64,000 nucleotides of DNA from Vitrella brassicaformis CCMP3155 (GCA_001179505.1 CDMY01000718.1:124001-188000), one strand, 5' to 3'. Counted from the first letter of the stretch, positions 36,001 through 48,825 are shown. The notes: generated by a model not told the origin, from the sequence alone. Made by a program: numbers and translations.

Positions 36001-37413
36001 GGAGGGGCAGCCTGAAGCAGGCAGATGAAACACACATCAACTAAGAAGCTCGTTGGGGTGCGCATGTGTGCATGGATTCACTCCCACCATTGCATTCCCA
36101 GGCAGCCCGGCCTACCTCCTCTTTCCTCCTCTGCCTGTCCAGAATTTCTCTCTGCCTCTCCTCCGACAGCTGGTCAGAGTGTCGCCTCTTCATGTGCTCG
36201 GTGTGGCTGCCCTCCATCATCAGCTCGCCACAGACGCCACCCTCGACAGGGAATTCACAGCAGATGACGCCGTGGTTGTGCACCTTTTCCTCGACGGGCC
36301 TGTACTCGATGCTGTACTGGTGCTGCCAATCGTAGAAGACTCCCAGCTTGCACTGGGGGTACACGTCTGCCTGAGCGGGGTCGTCGGTCACCTCTCGCGT
36401 GTCGGTGTCCTCACACACGACTCGAATGTAGCCCGTTGGTGAGTCGACTTCGCTGGTGCTTTGAAGTCGAGGCGGACGGAGGGATACTCCTTTCCTCTGC
36501 CGCCCTTGCTTGGCACCAGGTCCGGTTTGGAGGCGCGCCAGATCTCCGCCACCGTGCATGTGATGATGACTCGCTCGTTGAACCGCCTGCTGACCAGCTG
36601 TTGGTTGAGCCGCACCTCGACGGCGGCCACCTCATCCCAACGGACCCGCCATGGGTCCCTCGTGTCGTAGACCACACGGTGACGGCCATCCTCCGAGTCG
36701 TAGACGAGCACGATTTTGGCCCAGCTGCGGAGCTCTCTGAAGTTGGCCTTGACGAACTCGAACATCTCTCCTGCAGACACGGGCACATGGACAAGTGGGA
36801 CACCTTGTGGGTGGTGTGCTTCCTACCTGCTGAGGGAAGGTAGTGGCCGCCCTGCTTGCCGGCGGCCGCAGCAGCCGAAAGCCCTTGTTGGTCTCCTGCT
36901 GGCGGACCGCCCAGCGACGGCGGGGTGCCATCTGTAGGCAGATGGCACAGGCAAAAGAACACATGGATGGGACACCAACGTGCTTCTGAGGGCAAAACCT
37001 CACCAGGGGCAGAAGGACGCATTGCAGCATCTGAACGACAGCACACATTGACCAAGCGAATGCGTCAAGTACATTTCAGGGTTCTTGATCTGGCGCCGTC
37101 ACTTGTCACTCACCTGCATGGCCGTGCTGCAGCTCGTCTGCCGTGTTTGCGCCGCCTGTGGCGACGTTGCCATCCACTGACAGACAAGACACGGGGGACG
37201 ACAGGCACACAGAGGCGTGCATGAGGTGGCTCTGTCCACGGTGTCGTGTGAGCGACTCACCTGGGAGGTCCTGCGTTTCGGCCTGTTGAAGCAGATCTGA
37301 TGGATCAGCAGCTGAAGCCTGGGGGTGGGTGACACGGACAGAAGAGGATGGCTGGGAATCGACAGACTGCATTGAAAGTACCACACTCGTGCAGCACGCT
37401 CCTGCAGCAACAC
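33012..37413 (-). CDS. Large multi-exon protein with a C2H2-like finger and a CENP-B/Tc5-pogo-type HTH domain
   Basis: Exon about 35290-35119 reads IAELERQLRDYTPPMAVNREAIRATALQIASQVPGLNDFDASDEWIDEFM, matching the CENP-B HTH pattern (I R x x A x x I A ... F x A S x x W). CEFPVEGGVCGELMMEGSHTEHMKRRH at about 36250-36170 is C2H2-like. Last exon ends ...WRLDEDSD* at 33012. The 5' limit is uncertain and no DDE domain was seen. Confidence 0.6.
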
Positions 37414-38822
37414 TCACACGCCGCGAAAAAAGTGCTAGGAAAGCCGAGGCTCACATAGGTAGGCCTACATTGGTGGACCTAGCGCGCATGAACCACTTCA
37501 CTGCATGCGCACAATAGGTCTTGATCAAGTGAGTCCGCCACGAGATCAAAGGACGACTGCAGAGGCCAACACAACACAGCTGACTGCGTTCCCTTCCCTC
37601 TGTCTCCCCCCCTCTTCTAACCATGAGTAGATTGCGAGTGGCCACTGACCTTTCGCTTCGGGTCCATCTCCTCTCGTAACGCACGTGTGAGCGATTGGGC
37701 ACGACGCCATTCCCATGGTTGTGCGAGATAGACGGCTGACCCAACGCGAAGGTCACTTCCGCCACTGGTCGGATCAGCCAGCAGACGTAACCACCACAAG
37801 GCACTCTCCGTCACCATCTGCACTGACAACGAAGACAAAATCACTCATGACGTGTTGATCAGTGTGGGCCGGCCGACCTCTTTCCTTCTGTCGCGCTGCC
37901 GTCTATCCCTCCTCACTTCCTCGAGACGCCCCTCAGTGCCGCACGAGACAGACCTCATTGCCACAAGCGACGACTGAGGGCCATCAGCCGTGGCAGCCGA
38001 TAGATGGGGAAAGGAAGACAATAGAGAGCACCCCCGGACGGCAGCAGGCACCGAGTGTCCAGGCCATCAGCTGCAGCTGATGGCGTGGGCGGGAAGGTCA
38101 CCATGCCATCAGCCACCGTCACTTGTCAGTAGCACCGGCACCGCCATCAGCACTGATCCATCACACCTGCAGTAACGAAACAGAGCACATCAGCTCTGAT
38201 TAACACATCAGTGCAGGTCGGCTTAGTATCGTCGTGTCGTTGCTGTCTGGTCCCCTCCTCTCTTCGAGAGATCTCCGTGTGCTGAATGCATTCCACTGGG
38301 CGCCTGATGGCCGTGGCGCCCAATGCGGAAGCCTTTTGAAGGCGTCCACTGACACCGACAGACACCGAGCTCCCCGTCCATCCATCAAGGGCGGTGGGAG
38401 TCGTCAACACGCCGCTTGAGTGGCAAGATGGCACCGTTGGCAGCACGAGATGGGGCCGGACAGTGCGACAAAAAGAGTGGCGGCCGGACCGCCTGGCCGA
38501 CACGATGGAATAATGCGTCGCCGAGCAGCGTGAGGACGGGATGGGCCGACCGCTCAGAAGGCGCGGCATCGTCTCCAGCACCTCGAGGGATGTGGGAAAG
38601 GTCACATAGATGGGCGATGCCCAACTCGCAGGAATAAGCATGCCTGTATCGTCGGGGCGCCCTTGTAAACGGAAAACCGCCCAGAAAGAGGATGGACAAA
38701 ATCGATGCGTGTAGGCGGCCTTTCATTCGAAGATCCACGATGGGTGAGAGCAAATGGAAGGGCGTCCGTCGAGATCTGGATTGCATTTCTAGGCTCGCAA
38801 GGGGATCGCTGGGCAAGGAGAA

Positions 38823-38884
38823 GGATGAATTTCTCGTTCCGATGAGCTTAGGCGCGGCGCAGGGGCCGCTGCTCCGACCGATTT
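38823..38884. promoter_or_regulatory. Conserved 62-bp non-coding element, copy 1
   Basis: 61/62 identical to 42855-42916; looser similarity extends about 40 bp to the left in both copies. Function is inferred only. Confidence 0.5.
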
Positions 38885-38979
38885 GGAAGAAACGATGAAC
38901 GGCAGAAGCGAAGGAGCCCTCGCCCTCTGTCAATGTCGGTGGTCAAGGCGGCGGCATCACCTCTCACGTCAAGCGGCAG

Positions 38980-39912
38980 ATGGCACTGGTCAAGGGGGAG
39001 GTCAGCAGAATCAACAAGGAGATCGCTGCGGCCCGTCCTCAGCGCTCTGCTCGACAAGGCCTTCCCTCGTCGGTGACTGCCCGTCTGCTCACCTGTGTTT
39101 ATCTGAATGTAAGCTGGAGGGAAGGGGACAACATCACGACGCAGCAGTCGCTCTTTTGCCCTCTTATTCTGTGTGAGTGCGTGTGGGTGCATGTGACAGG
39201 TTTGACGAGTAGCTGCCGCTGCTTGCTGCTGAAGTACTCTGGTAGGTCTGCTCGCCACGGTGTGCGCAAAGGCTAGTGCTTTCTATGCAGGCGGTCATGT
39301 GTCGGATCTGCATAGTGACTTGGAAGTTTGGGCGGCTGGATGGTGCTTCCCCTCGGGCTGGGCACTATCGCCGTCGGGCGGGCGCTACCGGCTACGTGCC
39401 CACAGCCAACGATCTGGTCATGTTCGACTGGCGCGTGTGGCGTGACGGATTCGAGGGGACGGGCGCGTGCAGCATCCCTGAGGGAGGAAGCCTGTCACTT
39501 GGTGAGGCCGTCACATGCATTTATGCACGTGAGCGGCATGCATGTATGTATGTATGTGCATATTTCAGGGATCCCGATGGCAGCGGTGCCACGTTGCGGC
39601 GTCCAGAGAGCAGCCACATTGGCCATGCTGGCACGCCTCGGGATGACACCGACATTGCCGACAGGTACGTGATCACGTACGCATGGACAGGACACGCAGA
39701 CAGATACATATGTGACACATCTAACTGGCGTGCGCCTTTGCAGGGTTGTGGTTGTCGGTGTGCTGGAGGACCTATCCCGTCCGGGCGAGTACTTCTACGA
39801 GCTGGACGCGTTAGTGCCCTTCATCTGCCCCCCGACATCTGCCGCACAAGCGTCAACTTCTCCACCACAGACAAGAATGGTCGCAGATTACTGGTTGCTA
39901 ACATACAATTGA
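38980..39912 (+). CDS. Multi-exon hypothetical protein
   Basis: Exon-like segments MALVKGEVSRINKEIAAA..., FGRLDGASPRAGHYRRR...FDWRVWRDG..., VVVVGVLEDLSRPGEYFYELDAL..., separated by GT-AG introns. No domain recognised. Confidence 0.45.
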
Positions 39913-41003
39913 TAGATTTGTAAGGAGAATATGATCAGACAGGCAGGTATCGGCTCAGACAGACAGACTGGCACATGAGGATGATTTTGTGCACGCATGA
40001 CACAAATCAATTGCCAGGAACGTGTGTGCAGCAGCGCTGCTCACATCAGCGAATGCATGGGTTCAGTAGATAAATGTATCAGTAGGTGATTTCTTTGTGG
40101 CGGTCAAAATTTGTCACTTGTTCTGACTCTCAGTGATCTTACATTGCAGTGGTGCGTGTCGTGCATGAGCGACGGAGTAGACTTAGCGGTGGTGTTCGTG
40201 TGAACGGAGTGCTCTGTATGGTGGCCAGAATGTTTGAAAGAGTGGTTGAGTGCACGCGTGAATGACCGAGGTCCATGACACATCGATGAAGGCATGGACA
40301 ACGCAACACGCAGCACGACAACCAACGCGTGTGAATGTGTGGCTTTCATCCTTCGTCTGTGTGCGGCCGTGCCTGACGGGTGCACCAAGGAGAGATGGGC
40401 ACACTCTCGTGTGCACCCGTCAGAGGCAGACAGCGCACAGGCGGGAGATCAAACGCCACACAGCAGTACTCCGCACGCAATCAGCCAGCCAATAATGCCT
40501 TTCTGCCTCATCACTGCCCGCTCCACACCCACTCAGCACCTGACTCAGTGACTTGGTCGTCATGCATGTCGACCCACGTGATGATAGAAAAACGCATCAC
40601 AAGCCTCCCATTGAAAGTGTGCCGACTGAGGGCATTGCCCTCCATCCATCCATCCTCCCACCATCCCTCGCGCCATAACAAACTCACGAGAAACGCACAC
40701 GACGACACGACACAATCAGCTCGCCGGCAAGACACGCATGAACAAGTCAATCGCACTCTCTCTCTCTCTCTCCCTCTCTCTCTCTGTCTGTGTGTGTGTG
40801 TGTGTCGGTGTCTGTGTGTGCGCAGAGTAGTGCGCAGCCGGGGGAGGCATCGAGCATCACATCGATGTGTAGAGAAGCAAAAATCGATCGCGTGTATATC
40901 GAGAAAGGCACGTACAGTGCGACACCACCCCCTCTCCCCCATCTCTGGCACCATGTGTGTGTGCGTACACGGATGAATGGATGGATGGATGTGTGTCAGT
41001 AAG

Positions 41004-42667
41004 TCATTCAGAGGTCGGTGGGAAGATGTCGTCCAAATAGAGCACCTCTCTCACCAGTGGCAGCAGCCGCCGGCTGCAGCAGCAGAGAGCGACACAAAAG
41101 CACTCGTGGGCTACTTGTTTCCTGAAGCATCTCTCCTGCCCCTTGCCTTGCGTCTTACTTGAGGCATTTCTTCCACGTGACCAGGAAAACCGGCTTGCGC
41201 TTGTCGCTTTTCTCGCTCTTGGTTTCTTGCAGCAGATCCTCGAAGTCGGAATCCTGAAGGTAGACACCAGAGTGGACACATCGGGTGTCTGCATGCACAC
41301 GTGCAGCCTACCCCCGTCAGGAGAATGATCGCTGGGACCTCTGGATTGTTGGCCATTTTCTCTATCTTGCGGGCGATAGCGATGTCCGTACCCTTCTGTT
41401 TGCCATTAGACTTCAACCTGCAATGCACACACGGGTGGAGCACCAACCAGATGATGCGCATCCGCGTGTCGCTGGTTGCCTTACTCAGACAAGTGGGGTG
41501 CGAAGCCCATGCCCTTGATGCCCTTGTAGTACTTGCCGAGAGCTTGTTGGGCGACTGGACCTCTGAGGGCCTCGGGCTCCGTGCCGAAGTAGTCGGTAAA
41601 GTACGGCGTCACCTTGCAGTTGAACTTGTCTTGGATGGCGTCCACCGTTATCTTGAAGTCTTTCCCCTTGATGTAGCGCTTCGTCGCCTCTAGGAATCCC
41701 ATCTCCAAGGTGCCTCCATCGATGACCAGAGCACACTCGCCGCGACTGCACACACACACACACACACACACACGCACAGAGAGAGAGAGAGAGAGAGGGA
41801 GAGAAAATCGGTCGTCATGACGATTAGTCACTTCCCTGTTGGTTCCTATCTGTTTGTGTGTCGGTTTTCCCTGCCTGTCAGTCTGTCTGTGTGCGTGCGT
41901 GTGGTACCTGCCGACGATGGCCGTTGGTGTGGATGCAGTAACAGATGAAGAAGGGCTGGAGGGATAAACTGGAAATCTGCACACGCACAGCAGCAAGACA
42001 AGCAGCAGTGACTGCGTGTCCCCGGGGGACCTCACTTGTCCCCGTCTCACCCGGGAGCCCTATTGTACGCCATCGATGAGCCACGGGCATTGCTGCCACA
42101 CCACAGCCACACGCAGACAGTGAGCGACCCATGTGCCTGCAGTATGCAATCGTTACCGCTGAACGATTCTTTGCTCTATCATTGAGTGGAGGTTGAAACA
42201 TTTAACACCGTAATCGCATCCAGAGCCTGCGACGGAAAGGCATCCAACCAGTCTGCCTGATGTGCGCCCAGCACTAATTGCCTTCTGCTTACCGTCTGGT
42301 TTGATAAACTTGCATAGTTCGGCGTTGGGCTTGGCGACTTCCAGTACCACCGAGGGCGGCCGCGCGTGGACGTACGTGCAATTAACTCCTTTAGCACACT
42401 TGCCCTGACACAAGCAAGAGGGAACAACGGAGGTCAGCTGCAGCACACCGTCGCACCTGAAGCCAGAATATGCACCGCACCTCCTCACGTCCGTGAGCAA
42501 ATGTGTATCCCTGCACCGACACACGATCCTGACACATACACCACACAGCAACAAACACACTGCGTCGTGGGCATCTGCGAACGGAGCTGACGTCTCACTT
42601 GTCCATTCGCAACGGGGCAGACACGCCCCTCGCGCGACGAGAACGAGGCTGGAAAGGAGGAGGCCAT
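41004..42667 (-). CDS. CCCH zinc-finger + NYN (LabA/DUF88 PIN-like) ribonuclease
   Basis: CIFWLQ|GKCAKGVNCTYVH (C-x7-C-x5-C-x3-H) and CKFIKPDG|SGCDYGVKCFNLH, plus a degenerate first finger (TFAHGREEVR). Then LVIDGG, QKGTDIAIA, IILLTG|DSDFEDLL and VLYLDDIF*, the NYN acidic motifs. Confidence 0.8.
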
Positions 42668-42854
42668 CGACGAGCGTTCGAAGCAAAAGCAACCTTATGG
42701 GCGGCAGAACGACGCAGATCTTTCCACAGGGAAGATGAAATGGTAGACCTACAACACACACACATAGGAAAAGCGTTCAAAGCAGCAGGAAGTCCTGTGA
42801 GCTGTGTTGTTGCATTCTCTAGCTCGCAAGGCGATCAGGGGGGGAGGGGGGACG

Positions 42855-42916
42855 GGATGAATTTCTCGTTCCGATGAGCTTAGGCGCGGCGCAGGGGCCA
42901 CTGCTCCGACCGATTT
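42855..42916. promoter_or_regulatory. Conserved 62-bp non-coding element, copy 2, upstream of the CCCH-NYN gene
   Basis: 61/62 identical to 38823-38884. Confidence 0.5.
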
Positions 42917-45878
42917 TGTGGAAGGAAAGGACGAATGACAACAGCATCACCTCTCGCCTCGCCATGCCTCGCCGCAGTCAAGCAGCGAGGCGACAGCGAC
43001 AAGGAGGTCGTTGAGGAGGCAGGTCGAAGCGGACGGGCGGCAGTGCAGACCTCGAGCAACTGCCGCGTATGAGATGAAAGGGAGTCCGACGCTCAGCGTC
43101 AACGGGGTGGACCGTCCATCTTCAGCGCTCTCTGGTGGCCATGCACACCCATTCGCAGGCTGTTCATCCATGCATGAGTCAACGATGACGACAAAAGACA
43201 CAGACTCACACACACATGCATCAAAGAGAGCGTCGTGGCATGTATATCTACCATCACTGTTGCCCTTGGCACTTTGCTTGATGGATGCACTGGGACTCAA
43301 TCTGGAAATGAAGACGCTTGCATGATCACCAAGTCACTGTTCACGAAGAAAGCTCGTTTCAATACAGCAAGACCCCATCGCCAGACCAGGCAGCTGCAGG
43401 CATGTCAGACGATAGCGCCAAGGCGTTCGGTCCGACCCGCAATCAGCACGCCACCCAACCTAACAAGAAGAACATTGTGTGTGTCACTGCTGCAGCGCTT
43501 CCGGCGATGGGTGTCGATACGATGATCTGCTTCGAATTGTCTACACGTGCACAGCTTGTCCATGGATGAGTCACAAAACAGTAGAGCCAGTGCGATGGTC
43601 TCACAGCAAAAGGCAAGAAGGAAAAGAAGGGTTTCGTCTACACATACTCGACAAGACGACAAGTGCTTCCACACTGAATTGCACGCAACGGTCTCATACA
43701 AAGCCCATACCATTACAGATACGTACAGAATGGATTGGCTGGGAGGGCGGCCCACACACATCGCACACGAGCATGAACCCGTCCCTGTGTAGCTCAGCTT
43801 GCAGGAATGCAGGTGTTCCGACCAGCGCCCCTCTCCTCCAAATCTCCATCGAGAACGGCGGAGTAAAGTGACGTGGTGGACCCAATCAAATCGACCGACA
43901 AGTGGAGAGGCAGGCTCTTCTCCAACAGCCCTGAAAAATCCACAAGAGATCGGTTGCAAACGATGGGATATCCGTGTCCTCTTACTTGGCTTGGCAGAAC
44001 ACAACCCATTCGCATCGTACTCAATAGAGCCGTGTGCCCCTGTAGTACTGCCTCATTCGAGGCCCTACAATCCATTACATGCGATGATTGGGCCGTTCTG
44101 GAGAAGGAGAGAAGGTGCACTCTCTTTTCTCTTACTTGTACTCAGAGGCTGCCCATCGTTCGTTCGCGTGTCTCTGACGACCGCGTAACGCTCATTCGTG
44201 CGTTCGATGGCATTCGTATTCGATTGCTCATTTGCATATACGTTGCTCGTTGCATCGTGTCTCCAAGAGCGCCCTCCATCGAGGGACTGGAATGACAAAG
44301 AGATCAGAGAAGTGTGTCGGCTTGACGGCCATCAATTTATCGCTTACTTGCTCAGGGAGACATCATCTCCCCTTCTTTGTTCTTTGGCTGCTAATTCGTT
44401 CGGTCGTTCGGTCGTAAGCGTGTTTCATTCGAAAGCGTTGTTGTTCGTTCGTACTCGTTTGCTCGCATCCCGTTTCGCCCTCGTGCCTGAAGAAGTGGCA
44501 GTACGTAGACCAATGAAATTCGTCTGCTCTTCCTCAGCGAATTCATTCGAGTGATGCAACACGAGTATATAGTCGAGTGAGAAAGGACAGGTGGGAGGTC
44601 GCTGGCCGAAACCGGCCGCGCCAGCCTCTGTCCTCCCTATGCTACCTCCATCGAAGCACTTGCACAGAGAAGAACCCAACGAGAGCGCATCGACGCGGCC
44701 CAGCATCCATTGCCTCCATCGAGGCGCCGGCCAGGACCAAACGAACCACGAAGGGGGACGAAAGCCTGAAGAAGAAAGAAAACAAGACAGCCGTGCAGGT
44801 GTGCGAAAGAGACGTGCAGCAGCGTGTATGTGTGGGCCACCCTCCTCATCCATCTATCCATTCACGCGTCACAATACGGCATGCTGGCAGCACAAATGCA
44901 TCCATCATTCATGATAGGTCGATGAAAAAAGACAAGAGAACGCAAACAAATAGAGGGGACGGCAGAACCACTGCCGATGTCCTTTCGTCCGAGGTGTTCG
45001 GCAGTCGATAAATGTGTGCTGATCCTTTGGTGGAAGTCCTTCATTGATGCCATTTGATGGCGCCCACGATGGAATGCATGATGGATAAATCACATCGAAG
45101 GCGCATTTTCCGCGTCTTTCTCTCACTTGTGCTGAGGAAACACCTGAGTGGAAATCGTGTGAGACGATAACGGGACGATACACGACTGCATCGAGCCCCC
45201 AGAGCGAATGAAGTGGGGGTGTGTGTAATCGTGTCGCTGTCGCTTACATGCTGCAAGGAGACACCATGCCTTTCGTGTTGCAGGAAGCCTTCTCGCCAGC
45301 ACCACGTTCTTTGAGGCGCCAGAGGATGCGCGTACCGCAAAATACAGAGTCGTTAAAGTGAAGTCCCACATCCTCACTAGTGCAGAGGACCATCCCATCA
45401 AATCCCCTGAGCATCACGTCCAGCGAGCACTGCATACTTGCTGCATACTATTGGCTGCATACAAACGACAACCGATTCAATATCAATGCGGCGCTTGTCT
45501 TCCTCTCACCTGTGCTTAGAGGAATGGAGAGAGGACTGACGATGAGATGACGGAGGGTCAACGTCTGGACTGACGCAACCACCTCCATCGAGACACTTGC
45601 ACAGAGAAGAGCGCAACCAAAACGAGCCCGAAAGGAGGGAAAACCCGCCCGCTCCTCGGCCCCAGGCCCCAGATCATCGTCTCGACCGGGTGTCGAGTTC
45701 GTCCATCAAAAGCGACGGCTGGCCAGTCGCTCCTGCACGGAACACAGCGCCCCCTGTACGTTTGCAGCGCCTTCCCCCTGTCACACGTTGGTTTTTTGGA
45801 AACGAAGCAAGAAACGGAGCGACAATGAAGCCAAAACAACGCTCTGGAGAGGGCAGCATCCTTCGGCGTCATTCCGCT

Positions 45879-46952
45879 ATGACCCCATCAACGGTCCTCC
45901 CTGCTTTTCTTGTGTTTGTTCTGCTCCCCGCCGAACCAGCCTTGTCCGCAACGGAAGCAAACTTTTGCGCCGACTTCGACACCACTTGCGGCGTGGGAAC
46001 GTGAGGGGGCCGCTGGATGTGTACATATGCTGCAGCGATCTTTTCTCTCATGTGCGTGTCGGCCCTCAGGTGGTCTGATGACATTGCTGGCGGCAACGAT
46101 TGCCCCACAACTCTGAGTGACTTCTGGGCTGGACAAAGCAGTACGAGACACGCACTGACTTGTTCTTCAGCAATTAGTGCTTTATCCTCTCTCTCAGATG
46201 AGCACCGCGGCAAGTATAAGAACTGCCTTGTTCATTGGCTGACGGAAGCTGAGACAGAGACCAACTCCGACATCAAAGCAGCATATTGTTTGTATGCAAA
46301 TGGAGCGCCACCGTGCAAGTAGGCGAACTTTCGAGTGCAGCTTCCAATCGAAACCATGTCTGCGCTGCTGTGCTGCAGTGAGAGGTATTGCGTCGAGTGG
46401 TCTGAGATATGCGGCACTGGATCAGGTATGACAGGAAGGACACGTGAAGATGGACCATCTTGTGTGACTCTTGTCAGGTCCTTCCTGCAACGCATGGTTC
46501 TCTGCTGACCATTATGACGACCTGAGAGCCACACAACCAGCAGACAGGCCTCACCCAGGTACACACGAGGCGGATTCAGATGACACAGGAGTGTCTGTCT
46601 GATATGTATCTGCCCTCACAGGAGAACCAACATATTGGTGCAACTACCGGCCCATCGGTACGCTGAAAACATGCGAACAGGCGGTGTCTTTAATGCCGGC
46701 GTGATTGATGCAGGCGGCAACGATCCCCCAGTTCTCCGCCGACTGTTGCGCCCACTGTCTTCTTCTACAGAATTGGATGCAATTGACAAGGAATTGCATA
46801 CTATCGATCCATCCTTGCCTCCACTGCACACGCGGGGCGACCTCTTGATCAATGTGACGGCTGTGGCTGTGTGGGCAGATGGACTTGTAGAGCCTCTGAA
46901 AATGAGAGAGCAACGCAAAGATGACGACTTGAGTGGAGGGACGAACGAATAG
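45879..46952 (+). CDS. Putative secreted Cys-containing hypothetical protein
   Basis: MTPSTVLPAFLVFVLLPAEPALSA resembles a signal peptide. Short Cys-bearing exons follow (NFCADFDTTCG; GNDCPTT; KNCLVHW...AAYCLY). Last exon ends LSGGTNE* at 46952. Confidence 0.55.
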
Positions 46953-47205
46953 ATGATTATATCTGTTTGCATGGGCGAGACTGCGCGTTGTGAGCGCCTT
47001 TATGTTGCTTTATGTTGCTTTGAAATCGTCACGGCATTGCGAATTGCTTGTCCGATGTATAAGATCGATACCTCCATACACAAAACCACTGAGACTGTCG
47101 ACTCAAAGGCACAAGCTCATCGAAGACCACTGCCTTAAAAACACACGAGGCCCCCGCCAAGCCCCTACACCGTCCCTGTGTACTCGCATGGATGGCCTGC
47201 CTGTC

Positions 47206-48825
47206 TCACGCATGGCTGATAGGTATCTCTGCCCCCGTCGCCATGTCACGGATCTTCCTCAGCCTGACCTGCGCCCAGTTGAAGACGATGTACTCATCTC
47301 CAGTGGGCATGCCCGTCAGATGCACCGAGTCGTATCCTTGTGCTTTGAGGCTCGTGTGGGTGTACTGGCCGGCCCCCAAGAGGGCGGAAATCTTGAGGCT
47401 GTTGCCCAGGTACACTCGCGCCTCGATCATGCAGCCTGGACTGTGAGCCTTGCCCATGGTGGCCTGTTCGGACGCCGCACTGACGAGACACATCGACACA
47501 GGCGCAGATGAGACGGAGACAGCTGATGGTGACTGTATGGTTTCCGTGGTTTCGTCTGCTTACAAGTAGATGCCGCCCCCAACGATGCCCGTCGATCCCC
47601 GCATCATCTTCCGGCCCGAGGCGATGGCCTGAGCGGAGGCCGCGGATGTCTGATGGTAGAGTGTGATGCCCTTGGGGCACTCGGTGGCCCAGTGGTCGCT
47701 GTCCTTGTCTCCACACAGACGGCAGTAGTGCTTGTGCGCTTTCTTGCAGCCCTTGACACGACATTGCACCGTGCAGTTCCTGGTCAGGTGGTCGTTGATC
47801 TTGCCGCACCGTCGGCACTTGTGTTGGGAGTGGTCGATGCGGCAGCCTCGGACGCCGCACGACTGGCGACGGGGCGACGGGGAGCGGCGGCGGTGGCGAG
47901 GCGAATCACCGCCCTGCTGCTGGTGCTGCTGCCCCGATATGCAGAGGTTGTTGAAGAGCATGGCTGCGGCCAGCACACGCGGGTCACACACATGGGCGGC
48001 CTGAACGGGACATTCAAATCCACGGTGAGAGGCGGAGGAAGTGCCTGCAGTGGTGGTGCGTACCGGAGCTGCATTGGTGTTCTGGCTGGTCTGCTGATTG
48101 GTGTTCTGATCGGCCGTCTGGTCGGTGTTGTCCTGCTGGCCAGCTCCCGTGGCGGGCGCAGGGGCTGGCGGAGGCGGCTGCATCATTGACGTCAGCAGCT
48201 GTGTCGCAAGCAGCTGGAACAACACACACCATCGGCCAGCCTTCGCATCCACTGAGTGCATGCGCATGTGCGTACCTGCATTATCAGGGGCTGCATCATC
48301 GGGTTGGCGCCACCCGGGGAGCCAGACGAGCAGCCAGACGACCGACGAGACCTGCGGGACGATGTAGCCTGACAGCCACACACAACAGACAGCAGCACCA
48401 GCCATCAATGCATTGAATGCGGCCTTCCCATCCCCCCGTACCGTGCTATCGTCCGATTCGTTGCCGTCATCATCACTTCCGCCCGAGTCAGCGGCCGATC
48501 GCGCCCGACTCGACGAGGCCTTCCGCAGCTTGGGGCATGCAGACGAATAGTGATCAGAGTCCTGCACACAGACAAACACACAGAGAGGCGGTCGCGTCGC
48601 ATCATCGGCCTTGGTTCATGTCGGCACAGGACCGCGTCGCCGCAGGTTTTGCAGTAGTGCTTGCCCGTCTTCTGGCAGTTGGGGTGAGTGCAGGAAGGGA
48701 TCCTGCAGCCGCCGGAGCGACTCGGAGCCTGACAGACAGAGAAGGACGCAGATCAAGCAGCGAAGAAGATGTGTCCAGGATGCGCGAGCTGTCCGTCATG
48801 AGCCAATCTTCCACACCTGCGACAT
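47206..48825 (-). CDS. Triple zinc-module + GIG2/PARP-like ADP-ribosyltransferase ART-c
   Basis: Module 1: CRIPSCTHPNCQKTGKHYCKTCGDA|DSDHYSSACP. Low-complexity S/Q/P linker. Module 2: CGVRGCRIDHSQHKCRRCGKINDHLTRNC. Module 3: CRVKGCKKAHKHYCRLCGDKDSDHWATECP. ART domain: LYHQTS...GIVGGGIY|FA...QGYDSVHL...GDEYIVFNWAQV. The start (MSQ|AP.. at 48825) is a hand prediction. Confidence 0.85.

Noticed and set aside
38823-38884. Box C/D snoRNA or spliceosomal snRNA call for the 62-bp element
   Set aside because: There is no canonical RUGAUGA/CUGA pair and no match to U-snRNA sequences I can recall. It is kept only as an unexplained conserved element.
43200-45500. Protein-coding gene in the 43.2-45.5 kb interval
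   Set aside because: Only short ORFs with no consistent splice chain or motif; I cannot support a call.
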